Assembly: GCA_028023455.1 (NCBI GenBank)
Contig: JAQFVV010000002.1
Coordinates: 8,866,001-8,930,000 of the forward strand
Length of the DNA stretch: 64,000 nt
Direction: 5' to 3'
Source of the DNA: Epiperipatus broadwayi
Lineage: Eukaryota > Animalia > Onychophora
Positions 51,201 through 64,000 of the stretch are shown piece after piece. Numbering within the stretch: position 1 is the first letter of the stretch; each line of letters begins with the position of its first letter. A program made the position numbers and the translations under genes. The notes under the pieces were generated by a model. It worked only from the letters and a program-made list of their open reading frames with translations. It was not told where the DNA came from and did no database searches.

Positions 51201-52600
51201 TTTTTTTTTGTTTTAAAAATTTAAATTCTAAAAAAAAAAAAGCATGTCAGAAATGCTGACCTGTGTTTAGGTAATCTTGATGATTACTCAAAAAGGCTAA
51301 AGGAATAAACTTGAGTGTATCAATGATGATGTTTGAGTTGATTACCTCATAAAGCTACATCAAAAAACAAAGAGTATAAATAATTCCATGGTTTCAATTG
51401 AGACTTTTCTCTTAGTTGCTGTTTTCTACATAGAATGTATATTTGACAGTCTAATTAGTATAATGCATTAAGCATTATTTAAAAAAAAAACAAAAACAAG
51501 AATTTATATGTCTATATATTTAAAAGTGTATATTGTTGATAACCTTATGTATAACTAGACAGAAAAGTTTGACATATATTCCTGGAGCAAAAATATAAGT
51601 CTTTGAGGCACAAGGCTTCTTTTTAAAATAACAACAAGGGAAAAATTCATCATCATAATAGCATTCTGAAAGTTTTTACAAAAAAAATGTACAATGTTCA
51701 CTTAAATTCAACTTAGATATTTATACACATGTGACTGGTGAAAATGCATATAATCGCTAAAGGATAAACTTGATGATTTAGTAAGGATTTAAATAATAAT
51801 GTGCTAAAATGGAATTATTATTTGGTTGAAATAATGCTAAAAGTTTTGATGTAATATACATTATGTTATAACATGTTTAAGGCCATCTACTGGAGTGATT
51901 TAAATTATGAAAGGTAAAGTGTTTACTATAAATTTAACCATGGAAATTAATATCTGTTTACAGTCATGCTTCATATATATATCTTAATAAAATGAAAACC
52001 ACAAGAATACACCGAATGACTTCTGATGTAGTCATAATTATTTAAATGGATTAATGTGCTTTAATACTTTATGGAAATTATTAATCATCAGTTCAACAGA
52101 ATAAATTTCAAACATTATGTTCTTTTCTATTTGATTGTTGTATTTTAATTATTGGATTTTGATGGATTATATTTTGAACTTGGTGAAAGAAGTTTATGAT
52201 GTGATAGAACCTATGGATAATGTACATTCATCATTTATTACAGGTTGTTTGATTTCATTTAAGGTTTACCATTACATTTATATTTTAAAAATGTCATTTT
52301 AATGTGAGTTTTATATGAGGAAATGTTTAAATTTATATTTAATCCAAGGAAAATTATAATAATCATTTAAAGTTTATAAATAATAGTTAAATAGATTTTT
52401 GTCTGGTAATATCAATATCTTTATGGTGGATAAACTATAAATTATGATTTATTTTATAATTTCATATTTGTTTTGTCAAAAATTAATTCATAGAATGAAT
52501 AGAGTATTTTGTCTTGCATCATTTATTAGTATGAACATACACAATTTGTTTTATTATTATTTATTGTAAATAAACTATCATTATTATTATTAAATTGGAA

Positions 52601-52680
52601 TTTTTTTTTTCATGTCTCATAGCATTGGCCAGGAAGTGAATCCGCTAACCTGGGACAACTGCTTGTAAGGCAGCTGTGCT
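52601..52680 (-). mobile_element. tRNA-Gly-derived SINE, copy 3 (5'-truncated)
   Basis: Minus strand AGCACAGCTGCCTTACAAGCAGTTGTCCCAGGTTAGCGGATTCACTTCCTGGCCAATGCT plus A-tail; close to the tRNA-Gly(TCC) anticodon and T arms. Confidence 0.85.
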
Positions 52681-54479
52681 TAATAACTACAAAGTATAAC
52701 AATCAGAATTTATATTTTAAAAATAAACATAATAAACAAGTTCTAACTAGTAAATAATATAAACATTATTATAGTACTCATATTTGACAATCTAACATTT
52801 TATAAGTGTTCACTGATGTCAAGTTATTGGTGAATTTTATAATTAAAATTTTCTTAGTTATTGAGTTTAATATTTTACACTTTTAAAATACAACATAAAT
52901 TTGACACAGAGCAGCTTAAGAATTATTTAATATAAATATCGATTGTAAATTTATAAAATCTGCTAAACCCTTATTCACATATTCTATTAAAGTAACTTGG
53001 TAACTGATATATCATTATCAATTTTAGCTTTTGTTTTTATTCATAATATGTTTATATTATTTGGTTAATATTATTTACATGCCCTTATCTAAATAAGAGC
53101 TAGTTTTCTTTATTATTTATTTTAATTTCAATTGTATTGGTGTAAATGGGAGATTTGAAGCTATAACATATAAATAGTCTTTTATTTACTTTTTTTACTT
53201 CAATATTTTTTTTAAATCATTATAAACTTTGAATATTTGGTTTGATTTTGAAGAGCATTCCACACCATTATAATTCTATGCTTCAATTCCTAAAATATAC
53301 AAGAGAATTTTCTCTTGTATATTTATTCAATGTTCATTCTGGGGTCAATTGGTACTTCAATTTGGATACATAACAGTGTTCTTCTCATGGAATCCCATTC
53401 TATACTGTATAACAGTCAGGGAATATGGACACTTCCCCTATCTGTTATACAGGGCGCCACTAGGCTATTTGAACCTAAAGAATTTATAATGTATGAAGAT
53501 ACTTCCTATTAAGATTCTACTTTGACCATTAGCCCATGCCACTAGCTCAAGGAGTAGCTGAGATTTAAAGTTTAAATTCTTAAAACATATTTTTAATAAG
53601 GAAAAAGATAATAAAAATAAAATCACTGCCAGTAATTATCACAAAACATTTATTCACGCTTATATAACTTTGAGGAATAAATTAAAATTGCTTTAGATTT
53701 TATTATTAATTTTAATTTTAAATTGTTATTTTAGTAAGTTCATACAGATGGACAGTTTATATTTTATTTTTATTTTAGAATGTTGAGTATTATGCAATTA
53801 AAACTTTTCAAAACATCTAACCTCAGGCTAAAAGTTCATAACTAAACCAACGCTTGATCCCTGATATACAGATGCAAACAATGCAATATGAAGATGTTAG
53901 CATAAAATCACATTGACAGGAATGTGCATCTGCAGTGTAATATTATTTAAAAGAAATGATCCTCATCCAGTACAAGAATGTGCATCTGTCTTTCGAAGGA
54001 ATCATATATGTAAAACATTAAAAGAAATGTTTCATATGGAGGGAGAGTGGCCTTTGTCGACTAATAGTCCCTATCCAGAGGGTGAAAAGGGAAATCAATG
54101 GCAGGTAAGTACTTCATGTCCATTGCAATGCGGTGGCTACACTTTTGGGGTCACACATTCATTTGGGCACATTTCCCTGTATGCTAATACGCTTCACATT
54201 ACATTGATATAAACATCCATATATCCCTCTACCAGCATTGATTCATCTATGAAACAGTCTGAAATTAACTCCAATGACCTAACCCCAAACTTAACGAGAC
54301 TATGCAGTCATCTACCCCCAACTTTAAATTTAATAATTTAATTAAAAAATACAAAAAAATAATAATAATAAAAAGGAAATGATTAAAGCAAACATTATAC
54401 ATAACAACAACAAAAAAAATATTAACAAATTGAGAGTTCTTTTGATAGTCAGATAAAGAGTTCATTTAAAAATCTACTA

Positions 54480-54960
54480 TTAGATTACTAATTGCAAGTT
54501 TGTAAAAGTTCATATTGAATATCACAATTTATACTTCCCATGATTTTGGTAGATTTATAGAAGTCCATCCTAGGATCACTTTTGTAGATTGTCCATCCTC
54601 CTTGGAAATGCAGCCACTACTTGCCATTCATTTGGTCAGGAACTGTCATCGGGAGGCCTCAGCTGGTGCATGCAAATGAAACTAATTTTATTGCAAGACC
54701 CCTACATCATGGAGTCTGCAATACAGCTGCAACATTAATAGTCAGATTAAAACAACCCTTAATGAATTCAATAATTTTCTCTTTTATAATTTCTGGCCTC
54801 CCTTATCACAAATTCAGCGGATCGATCGAACATGATGTCATTTGTTCTTAAGGTCTGGATGTTTTCTTTTCTGGACCATTCTTGGCTTGGTGCTTGCATT
54901 GGTCATTCTGCTTCACAATCTTTAATTTTTTTTCCTCTTATCTGACCGTTCAATTATTTA
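54480..54960 (-). mobile_element. Possible RTE-type APE N-terminal relic
   Basis: Minus-strand GGWTIYKS resembles the RTE APE YTIYYSG motif; otherwise heavily decayed. Confidence 0.3.
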
Positions 54961-56389
54961 AGTGCCCCAAGGGCTAGTTTGCTTTACATTTAATTAATAA
55001 AACAATTACTTCCATTTACTAAGATTAAACATGATTCTTAAAATAGAAATTAATTAACATTTCTATTTTCTTTTATATAACTTTTTACTAAAAGTACTAA
55101 TCTTTATATCTTTATTTCTTTTTTTACATTTCTTACTTTTAAATACTTTTTTAAAAAAAAATAGTTTTCCATCTGTGTGATATATATATATATGTTAAGG
55201 ATAACTCTTAATTTTCTTTTAGTTTTTAATAAATTAATTTTATTTAAGATTTATTTTCCCCTTTATTTTAATTTTAAAATAATGTAAAGGCATATGTATA
55301 CTGTTACAACTGGTAAGAAACTGTATTTTGGGTTATATATGATCATATTAAGTAAATTATCACTACTGTTGATATTCTATAATAAATCTTACTGAAGACT
55401 GAAATAAGATAAACCCCAAAGGCAGCAATAATTGACTTTCAAGAAACAAATTAGTTTCAATATTACAAAGTCCAATATTCGATCTTGCAAATATGAATTT
55501 ATGTGTATTATATTTAAAGTGTGTGCATTTTTTTTATTTTATATTATTATTTTTGAGGAATATATGGTAGAGTTAGAAATTTTAATGAATCATAGAAATA
55601 TATTTTATTTTGTCATATATTTAATTTATTTATTATAGAATTACTAGCTAAGTCTGCTGTCACTTTGTCAATTATAAATGCCAATGCCTTACCACAAATT
55701 ACAATCCTTCAGAGGTCAGTAATTCCTAACACAATCGTGTTTGTTGTAGATCCTGGCATCTAGAAAATAAATAAAAAATTGATTCTCTGTTTGACCAGGA
55801 AAAATAGTTACATTATGGGGAATACTTGATAGAGTTCAATGAATGAATTATCAGGTGTGGATAAAACTTGGTTAACAAATACACTGAAGATTAATAATGT
55901 ATAAATCCTAAATTACTTACAAACAGTACAATATATATATAGTGTCATTCAGAGGTACCAAGTCTGTTATTAGACATGGAGTGTATTGAAATAAAGCTGT
56001 ACTAATAAATGAAAAATTAGTCTTATTAACTATTTGTTAATCTTTATTACATTTTATCCCACACTACAATAAAAGTTTGAAAAGAAAAAAATTAATTGTT
56101 AAACTATTTCAAGAGACAGGAGTTCTAATTATAAAAGATGCAGTTTTGGTAATGGATATATTTTATAAAGCTTTTAAAATGCATACTATCCTTGGTTATA
56201 AAAATTATTTCACACTTTTTACATGTCAAAATTAATATTTTCATTTGTAATAAAAAATTTAGGAATAAACCATGTCGCTTGTGGGTGGGTGTAAATGGTG
56301 ATTATTGAAAATCAGCAATAGTTAATTAGAGTGGTATATATAGCTGCATCATAACATTTTATTCATTCATTTATTCTGTCATTTTACAC

Positions 56390-56760
56390 CAGAAAGAAGT
56401 TAACTAGCCATGAAACATTTAAAACTTAGAACCATAGAAGTGGTAAAAGTCAAAATAGCCCAAGTACCTGATACCTATCCTGAAAGGGCTGATATTTGAG
56501 TGCCTTAATGCTATGGAAGCCTACAGAAGTACTGGTAAAATATTGCCAATGGTGGTTAAAAATGTAATATATTTGCCATCTTAAACCTATCCTCTGTTGC
56601 TGAATATGAAGCTCTGACCAGCTATTGTATACCTACTAATTTACTGCTGTTATTGGACCATAAACAGAATATCATTTGCAAAATTATCTCAAGCTGACCC
56701 AACTGTAGCTGATTAATAAAGAAACATTATACAAGATCAAGCAACAGAAAACAAATAGAC
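56390..56760 (+). mobile_element. Possible LINE RT C-terminal relic (I-group-like)
   Basis: LNLSSVAEY...YCIP resembles the LAL.YS.AEYCAPVW motif; recognition is weak. Confidence 0.3.
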
Positions 56761-57699
56761 AAAAAAGGGTATCTATAACTTAAGCTGATGGCTAATACAT
56801 TTATTTCTCCTAATAATAAGTAATTATTAAAAATTCTTTTATAATACATGAACTATAAAGATTATATTAAGGACTTAACCTTGAACATCTTGCTAAAATA
56901 TCTATTAAATTTTCTGTCTTCTAAAATACCTTATATTAGTTAATATTTTATTAATACATGGAATATATTTATTTTATCTTTAACAACAAAAATATTGTTT
57001 GGTTGTTAATAGTTTATTCATGTATAATCAAGTGTGTTGTGGGAAGGGGCGAGGCAAAATGAGTTTTGACAATGTGTATTTTTATTATTATTGTGTTATT
57101 AAATTTATTTTCAAACAAAAGAAAAAAAAATCTGAACAGATTTTCCTCATAACTCAATACTAATTGATATTTTTATAACTGCCTTAAAATAAATAACTAA
57201 TTGTCAACAGTCCACTAAAGTGCATGCTAATAAATTTTATATTAACACTGGCATCTTCTCCTAAGCTGTTCAATGAATTCTAACCCAAACAAGGATTTAA
57301 TTATCAGGAAATTGTTTGTTTGAAAAAATAAATTTTATTATCTTTGAACCATATTAAATAACCCAGTATCTAAAAACGTGAAAAAGATTAAAATGTAAAA
57401 AGATGTTACAGTAGATTAAAGTATTATAATGGCTGCCCAAGTAAGGCTAAACTAAAGTCAATACCCTAAGGCAAGATGATAATTTTTTTTTCTTAAATGA
57501 TTTTCTTCTCTCAACTTCTATATATATGAAGAGAAACAGATAAACTTGGAAAATTGTTTGCTTAAAGAGAAAAATAAATAATCAAGTTATGGAAATAATG
57601 GAGTAAGAACTAATAAGTATAAATTGTAAATGAATAAAAATGTAATCAATAGATACAGATAAATAAATACAAGCAACTAAAACTAAGATAAATATAATA

Positions 57700-59100
57700 A
57701 TAATGATAACAAGAGCACTAAAGAGCAGACATTGCAATAGGATGGGTTGGGGATTGACAAATGTACTACTTAAATGTACTGATATTGAAGAGAAATAATA
57801 TTAGGTTATTGAAACAAGATCAAGAGGCAAAATTTTTTTTAAAGAAGGTGAATTCATAAATAATAAATGAAGCAACAAGAAGTAAAAGAAGATAAATGAA
57901 ATTTGGTCAATACAGAAATAGAAAGGGTCAATTGTGCTATGATAATGGACATATTCAGGAAACTTCAAATCAAAAATAGACGAAAGAAAATAATGAGAAA
58001 ATAATCCAAAAAAAGAATGCAATGGCCAAAGCAAATAAAGAAGGATAACCAATAATATTGATGAAATAGATAAAAAATTTGAAGAAAAGGCCAAAGAAAA
58101 TAATGATGAAATAATTAAAAAATTGAAAGAAAGAGCCAATGAAAATAATGATAAAAAAACTAGTGAATTGGCCAAAATAATAAAGGATAATGAAGGCTAG
58201 TTGAAAGATGGAATTAATACCATGACCAGAAACATTCAAGAGACTGAATGATGATTTGGTCAACTTTAACATTAAAATTGATATCATTAATAAATAAAAA
58301 AGAGAGTTTAATCTGGTCAAAAAACAGCTCTGAAACTCTACAAAGATGATGCATCATGGAAACAATGAAGCATCAATGAAAGTGCAAGAGGAAGTGGATA
58401 ACCAACAGGTGAAGACCTTCCAACTAAAGACCATAAGTAAATAAGAAGAGCAAGAGGGGCTAGTGACCAAAATCCAAATACTGGAGGCTGAGAAAAACAG
58501 TAATAGGAGTTAAGAGTACAAATAATACAGAAGTAAAAAAGGCATAAATAATATACAACTTAACAATGAAAACCTAAGAACAAGAATGGATCAATTGGAC
58601 ATCATTATGCTTCCAGTACTGTGAACCATCTCTTAATAATAAGTGACTTTTCTCCTGTAGACTACTTAGCAGTTTGGAGAAGTTTTTCAGTATCAATCCC
58701 ACAACAGTATGCTAAGCTCACTATAGTCACTTACAGAGGGCATCCCATGATTGGTGGAAATTTTTTATTCAAAATGCCTAGTTTCCATAAATATAAGCAA
58801 GCAATATACCAGGTGTCTCAGAAGAGATGTCAGTCTGGTGAATGATAGACTCCATTTTTCAAGATGTAGATGACAAAACTTAGAGCTTTAACAGATGGTC
58901 CATTATTCAAAAAATAATTTAGATAGTGAAGTATAAATTCCCGATTCATTGTGAAACAAATGTTAATTGGCAATGATCATATGATTATTGAGCAAGTGGC
59001 TGATCTCAATGTTTTTGACATCAGTAAACCTGCTAATGATGAAACAGGATTAAAATCCCATAATAAATTTCCATACAGGAAAAAATGATCTACATATGAA
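57700..59100 (+). mobile_element. Ty3/Gypsy-type gag relic
   Basis: K/E/N-rich coiled-coil frame (EIDKKFEEKAKENNDEIIKKLKERANE, ~58065-58145) and LQRASHDWWK (~58730-58760), similar to gag L.G.A..WW. Confidence 0.55.
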
Positions 59101-59117
59101 TGCAGTAAGAAGTCACA

Positions 59118-60155
59118 AAAGTAAATCAAGGGCTTTGAACTTAGGACTTTTAGATTAAAACATGCTAAGTTCAAATCCCTTTATTTATATAAGAAACATT
59201 CAGTACACTGAACAAAGAGGTTAATTAGATATAGTTTTGAAAATAGATTACATCTATAAGGTCAGCTCATCCCTTTCCTGTTATTATATGGATACATAAT
59301 GGTTCAGTTATATGACAGGTTAGACTGACATAAGATCAACATGGGTATGGCTACAATATCAAATACACCAAGGTCTTTGAGTATTCCATCATTGATTTTT
59401 CAATGAAAATAGGTGAATAATTGAAAGGGTGAGCAGATTGAAGCATGTCCATTAAAGTTAAAGGAATTGCTATCTTGACATAAGCCAAGCATTGATTGTA
59501 TGTATATATGTGTGGAAGACTATGATCTGGCCCAATTGATTAGTACTGGTTCTCCATGATATTTGTATATTGGGAATCATCTATATTTTTCACATGTTTG
59601 TGGTCATGTGTGTCAATGGTTTATGTTGAAGTGGAGGATGAATATAGACTGAAAAATCTTAAGTTCAAATTCCTCTATTTACTTATATAAGAAACATTCA
59701 GTACATTGAATAAATAGACAAATTCATATTGTACTGGAAATGGGTCTATCCCTCTCCAGTTAATATATGGATATTAATGTCTGATAATATGAGAGGTTAG
59801 ATTGACATAATGTCTACATGAGTATGACTACAATATCAATTCCATCAATGGCTTTGAGCATTCCATTGTTGGTCCTTTTCAATGAAATGGATGGCTGAGT
59901 AGTTGGAAGGATGAGATGGTAGAAGCCTGACCGCTAAAGTTTAACAAATTGCTATCTTAATATAAACTGAGCACTGATTGTACATATGTGTGGGAGATTA
60001 TAATCTGGCCCAAATGATGAGTACTGGTTCTGCATGAATTATGTACATTGGGGATAATGTATCACATATATGTGGTCATGTGTGTTAGTTGTTTAGATAG
60101 AATGGAGGATGAAGAAAGACTGAATAATTTTAAGTGCAAATCCTTCTATTTACTT
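59118..60155 (+). mobile_element. Family A: short inverted stub followed by two full tandem units (~478 bp)
   Basis: aagt(t/g)caaat at ~59167, 59661 and 60132; HHR-like motifs at 59531-59574 and 60009-60052 with CCCAA:TTGGG stem I; gggctttgaacttag (59130-59144) is inverted relative to ctaagttcaaatccc (59165-59179). Confidence 0.85.
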
Positions 60156-60199
60156 AAATAATCATTTATAACTTTCAAATTCCATATAAAGTATATATT

Positions 60200-60657
60200 T
60201 AGTAAGACAATAAAGGGAATTACTTATGTGTTTAATAGATTTATAAGTATAAATGATAACAATCAACCCTTAAGATATTAATAATCTCAACCTGTAATCA
60301 AGGCAACCTCTCCTAAACAATAAAGATGCGACCACCTTTATTTATGGTCCTGTATATTTATAAAGATACTGAATCTGGAAGTTATAATTGACTATTTATT
60401 GCTTTCAGAACAGGTTATATTTGCCTTATTAAAGAGGTTTGTTTAAACTCTTTGAATTATTAATCTCAAACTTCTTAATCAAGTTGCAATCTTTAGGGTC
60501 TATATAAATATATCAGACCATAGATAAAGGTGGTACCATCCTTATTGTTTAAGGAAGGTGCCTTGACTACAGGTTGAGATTGTTGATAGCTTAAGTGTTG
60601 GTTGTTATCATCTATTAAAAAGCTATTAAAGCTTTGAGTAATTGACTTTATTGTCTT
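60200..60657. repeat. Fold-back element, ~160-bp imperfect arms and ~130-bp spacer
   Basis: aatctcaacctgtaatcaaggca...accacctttatttatggtc vs gaccatagataaaggtggt...tgccttgactacaggttgagatt. Confidence 0.85.
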
Positions 60658-60827
60658 AGTATTATTTATATATTAACAAAGTATATATACAACAAACAAC
60701 ACACAAACTTCTGTATAAATCTTGATTTATTATAATATACAATGATATACTCCAATGGGTATTTTGGTATTAAACCTGTGATGTTGGGGAGATAAGAGAC
60801 TTCTCACATCCACAATATTAAAACCTT

Positions 60828-61165
60828 TGGCATTGCATTTGCTGTTTTTTTTTTTTTTTGAAAATGCGTCATTTTTAAAAGTTTTTAGATTTACTATTTT
60901 TTTTTTTACATTTTGTACAATATCTGTTTGAATTTCACTACAATATTACCTTGATTTCTCGATAATCATCTACTGAATATATACTACATTTTTTGTTAAA
61001 AATATTGCAATACTAAAACTGTCAATGGTGTCACATTTGCTGGTTTTTTTGTTCTTTTTTTTGGAATTGTGCTGTACTTAAAAGTTTTTAAATTTACTTA
61101 TATATATATTTTTTAATTTTGTACAATATTTGATTGAATTTCACTACAATACTATCTGGATTTCC
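60828..61165 (+). repeat. Diverged direct duplication, period ~198 bp
   Basis: catttgctg...taaaagttttta.atttacta...ttttgtacaatat...tgaatttcactacaata.ta.ct.gattt occurs twice. Confidence 0.8.
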
Positions 61166-61205
61166 ATTGTATTATGTGTTACTATTTTTTAGAATGTACT
61201 CATTT

Positions 61206-61433
61206 TTAGAGCTGCAACACAGACCATGTGTTAGACCTACTGGACCTGTTGACATTTGCATCAATCACCTTCTGATAAAGATGTTGCCAAAAGAACCATG
61301 CACACATCCTTTTTTGTTTTTGAGAAAGAGTCATGTACATGTCATTTTGTTGATATCACAAAGTCATTAGCGGATTGATATAAATGTCAACAGGTCCAGT
61401 AGGTCTAATACATGCTCTGTGTCACAGCTCTAA
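61206..61433. mobile_element. MITE-like element with ~60-bp TIRs (TAGAGCTG ends, hAT-like)
   Basis: ttagagctg...ttagacctactggacctgttgacattt..atcaatc vs gattgat..aaatgtcaacaggtccagtaggtctaa...cagctctaa; no matching TSD found. Confidence 0.6.
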
Positions 61434-61606
61434 TACCAAAGTACCCTCCAATGTTTCAATTATATTATTTTATATTCTTTATCAAGGAAAACTAAGAAAT
61501 ACATAAAAAAAAAAAAATTCAAATATTCCATCATATATATAAAAAATACAAATACCTCTTACCTTAAAACTCTTCTATTAAACAATCTTAACTTTTCATT
61601 ACATTC

Positions 61607-61900
61607 ATTTCTTAAATATCTTTTTTTTAAATAATCCTCTATAATTAAATCGATCTATTATCCTTTTTTTTTCAATTAACATTATTCATTACAGGTTCAT
61701 TTCATTAATATAATTTCCTTTTTTTATAATTCTTTCATAATATGAAGCCTTTGATTGTATTATATTTATATTATGAAAGAATTATGAAAGAAGAAATTTA
61801 TATTAATGAAATGAAACCTGTAATGAATAGGATGTTAATCGAAAAAAGAGGATAATAGATTGATTTAATTAAATAATTATAGGAAATTATTTTAAGAAAG
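61607..61900. repeat. AT-rich fold-back, ~110-135-bp arms and ~22-nt loop
   Basis: tattcattacaggttcatttcattaatata...taattctttcataatat vs atattatgaaagaatta...tatattaatgaaatgaaacctgtaatgaata. Confidence 0.85.
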
Positions 61901-61914
61901 GTATTCTCTCAGAT

Positions 61915-62595
61915 CAAGGTATGCTGTTTGTACCTGAAGAATGGGGAAGATGGATTCAAAGATTAGAGATCCAGCATATATTGACCTCGATTCATAACCT
62001 GCAATAAAATCTGTCCCAACGAGTAATGTGTGAGTTGGGGAGGTTGGTTTAGAACCTATATCTCAATCAACCATAGGGGATAAATCAAACAAGTTTCAAG
62101 CATACTTAATTACATTAATTGATCAGTCAATGAATCAATGGTGTTTCCACCCAGGTGGTTACACTTTGATAGGCATGCTCTTAAGTTAATTAAGGTTGCC
62201 CTACCAGGAATGAAAGAACAACCAATAGATACTGAAAGTGATCAAAAACAGGTGTATTACACCCTTCTAAAAAGGAGCTAAGAATGAAAAAAAAGGTCAT
62301 GGGGAACATCCCATAAGTTTAAGGTAGGGGATCGAGTGATGATAAAGATGCCACATGTGGTGAACCTGAAAAGTTTACATGTAAAAAATTCTGTAACTTG
62401 TATGATGATGAATGGTCAGGAGATAATGCATTTTGGACAGACACCAGGCAGGAAATAAGGGGGATCATATAATGCTCGATCCCTTAAGTCTATATCTTAA
62501 TGTCAGTATAGTAAGGAATAGGTTATGGATTCGAATGCTTAGCATTGAACCATTCAAAAACACAGATTATTTGAAAGCTTTTGAATGGGGGGTAC
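61915..62595 (+). mobile_element. Ty3/Gypsy integrase 3' relic with polypurine tract
   Basis: RVMCELGRL..RTY (~62020-62060); HKFKVGDRVMIK (62312 onward); GSYNARSLK (~62463-62490); G-run at 62587-62592 immediately before TGTAAC. Confidence 0.85.
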
Positions 62596-63297
62596 TGTAA
62601 CGGTGGGTTCAAAACCTTTTCCACCCAAAAGGAAATTTTGTATGATTTATTAACAGATTAGATTCGAGTTTTTTTTTACATATATCCAAGTGGGTAGGTA
62701 AAGGGTTAAAATAAATCTGAAGGATGGGGGGGGGATGAGCTTTTGTTTATTGAAATACATGTATATATATATTATTGTAAGGATGGATGAATGGAAGCAA
62801 GTAAAGATATACATTTTATTTCCAAGATGGAATTTTCTGCATTTTATTTATAAGATGTATTGAAATTACGTACATTGTTTTCTATGGAATACACTTTTAA
62901 TGAAGGTACTATCTAAAATATTTTAACAAAAAGAAAAAAGAGAAAACAAAGAGCAAATGGAGAACAGAATTCTCTTGGCCATGACAAAGAAAAAAAAAGG
63001 TGCTAAAAACTTTGCTTTTGTTTTGAAGAGAAACCAGACCTAGAGAAACACATGATAGAGAAGCCAAAGGGGAAGGGGGAATAGAAATTTATGGAATTTA
63101 GAACTTTGGAGAATAAAATGGAAATCTATAAAGATGTTAATTAATTAATTCAGATAATTAATAAATTTCTCATTTGATATAATTGAAAGGAATGTGAGAA
63201 AATCTATCATTTGTTTGCATTATTAAATTATTATGAAGAAGGCATCGGATCTGTGTTATTTTTTAAAATAACTAGTATACTTGCCAGCTATGAACAT
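62596..63297 (+). mobile_element. Putative 3' LTR of the Gypsy element (right boundary uncertain)
   Basis: Begins TGTAAC right after the PPT; a candidate ...GAACA end at 63297 cannot be confirmed without a second LTR. Confidence 0.45.
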
Positions 63298-64000
63298 GTC
63301 GGGGTAAAAACTTAAGCATGCTGGACTTTTGACCCCATCCTATGAAGATACATAAGTTGATATATGAAACAATTGCCTATCCTTGAAGGAAGCTGACCCT
63401 GAGCATTTGACCTGAAATCGGCTTCAAAAATCAAAACAAAGCTAAGGAACCAAGCAGACTGAACATATCGGAGATCATAAGTTTCAATGGCCATAGCACC
63501 AAGAAAACTGGTATGATTACCTTTATGGATTTGTCATTTTCCCTGGGGAAATTCCAGGTAGTATGTATGTTTTATCATCTATATTTATTTTGCTCCAAAT
63601 ATTAGTGCATCTTTTGTGATAATGCAAAAAGATTTTGATATAGTGACTTCCATATAGTGACAATCTGATTAACTCTCTTCATCATTCAAAATAATATTTC
63701 ACATCTGAATAGATTAGATCTTGTTTTTTTTCTTATATATATATAGTATATTTATTACTTGATTTGTCGATCCATGCAGCATGTATGTATGTGTTTTATG
63801 GAAAATATTTCAGCATAAATAGTATTGTTATCCTTCATGATTAATTAATTATATTAGATATTAAATTTAAGAGAAAACGTACATATATTTGTGCTGTTTC
63901 ATTATTCTAGGTTTTATGGAGAGTTGCAGAGAGATAAATTTGAACAAGTGTAACAATCGTGTCATTAGATTAAGCTCATATTTGTGTATTGCTGTCCTTC

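Noticed and set aside
54290-54320. Minus-strand GATGAC-tgcata-GTC...GTTAA as a fourth hammerhead
   Set aside because: It lacks both the CUGA and GAAA core elements.
57429-57442. Primer-binding site (tggctgcccaa) for the Gypsy element
   Set aside because: Imperfect match, not adjacent to a clear LTR end, and no matching 5' LTR upstream.
60360-60500. Decayed hammerhead in the 60.2-60.7 kb fold-back (CT(A/G)AAGA-like)
   Set aside because: No stem II or GAAA could be built in either arm.
13-63494. Listed ORFs as host genes
   Set aside because: All are short. They are either TE-domain fragments, antisense shadows of coiled-coil or low-complexity sequence, or chance frames in AT-rich DNA. I could not assemble any exon chain for a recognisable host protein.
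63300-63570. GC-richer stretch ending in a possible CAG/GTAGTA donor as a host exon
   Set aside because: All plus-strand frames contain stops and the minus-strand ORF resembles nothing I recognise.

Overview
This is very AT-rich, visibly CpG-depleted eukaryotic DNA, most likely invertebrate/arthropod intergenic or intronic sequence. I found no intact host gene, rRNA, functional tRNA or CRISPR array. The window is a nested graveyard of decayed transposable elements. Non-LTR retrotransposons: I/Jockey-like, CR1/L2 (several), RTE (three pieces), L1/Tx1-like (two copies). LTR elements: Ty3/Gypsy gag and integrase relics, and a solo LTR. DNA transposons: hAT (Buster/Charlie) and Merlin. Also a tRNA-Gly SINE and a Penelope-like element with a GIY-YIG endonuclease. 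The most notable signal is three separate repeat families that each carry a minimal type I hammerhead ribozyme (HHR) motif. Family A is a non-coding unit of ~476-479 bp found at four loci, usually as an inverted stub followed by tandem copies; one locus has a 14-bp target-site duplication (TSD). Family B is a tRNA-headed element of ~300 bp inserted as a head-to-head dimer with a 13-bp TSD. Family P is the pseudo-LTR of the Penelope relic. Fold-back inversions are also unusually frequent. All motif calls were made by eye; no folding, alignment or database search was run, and boundaries of decayed elements are approximate.
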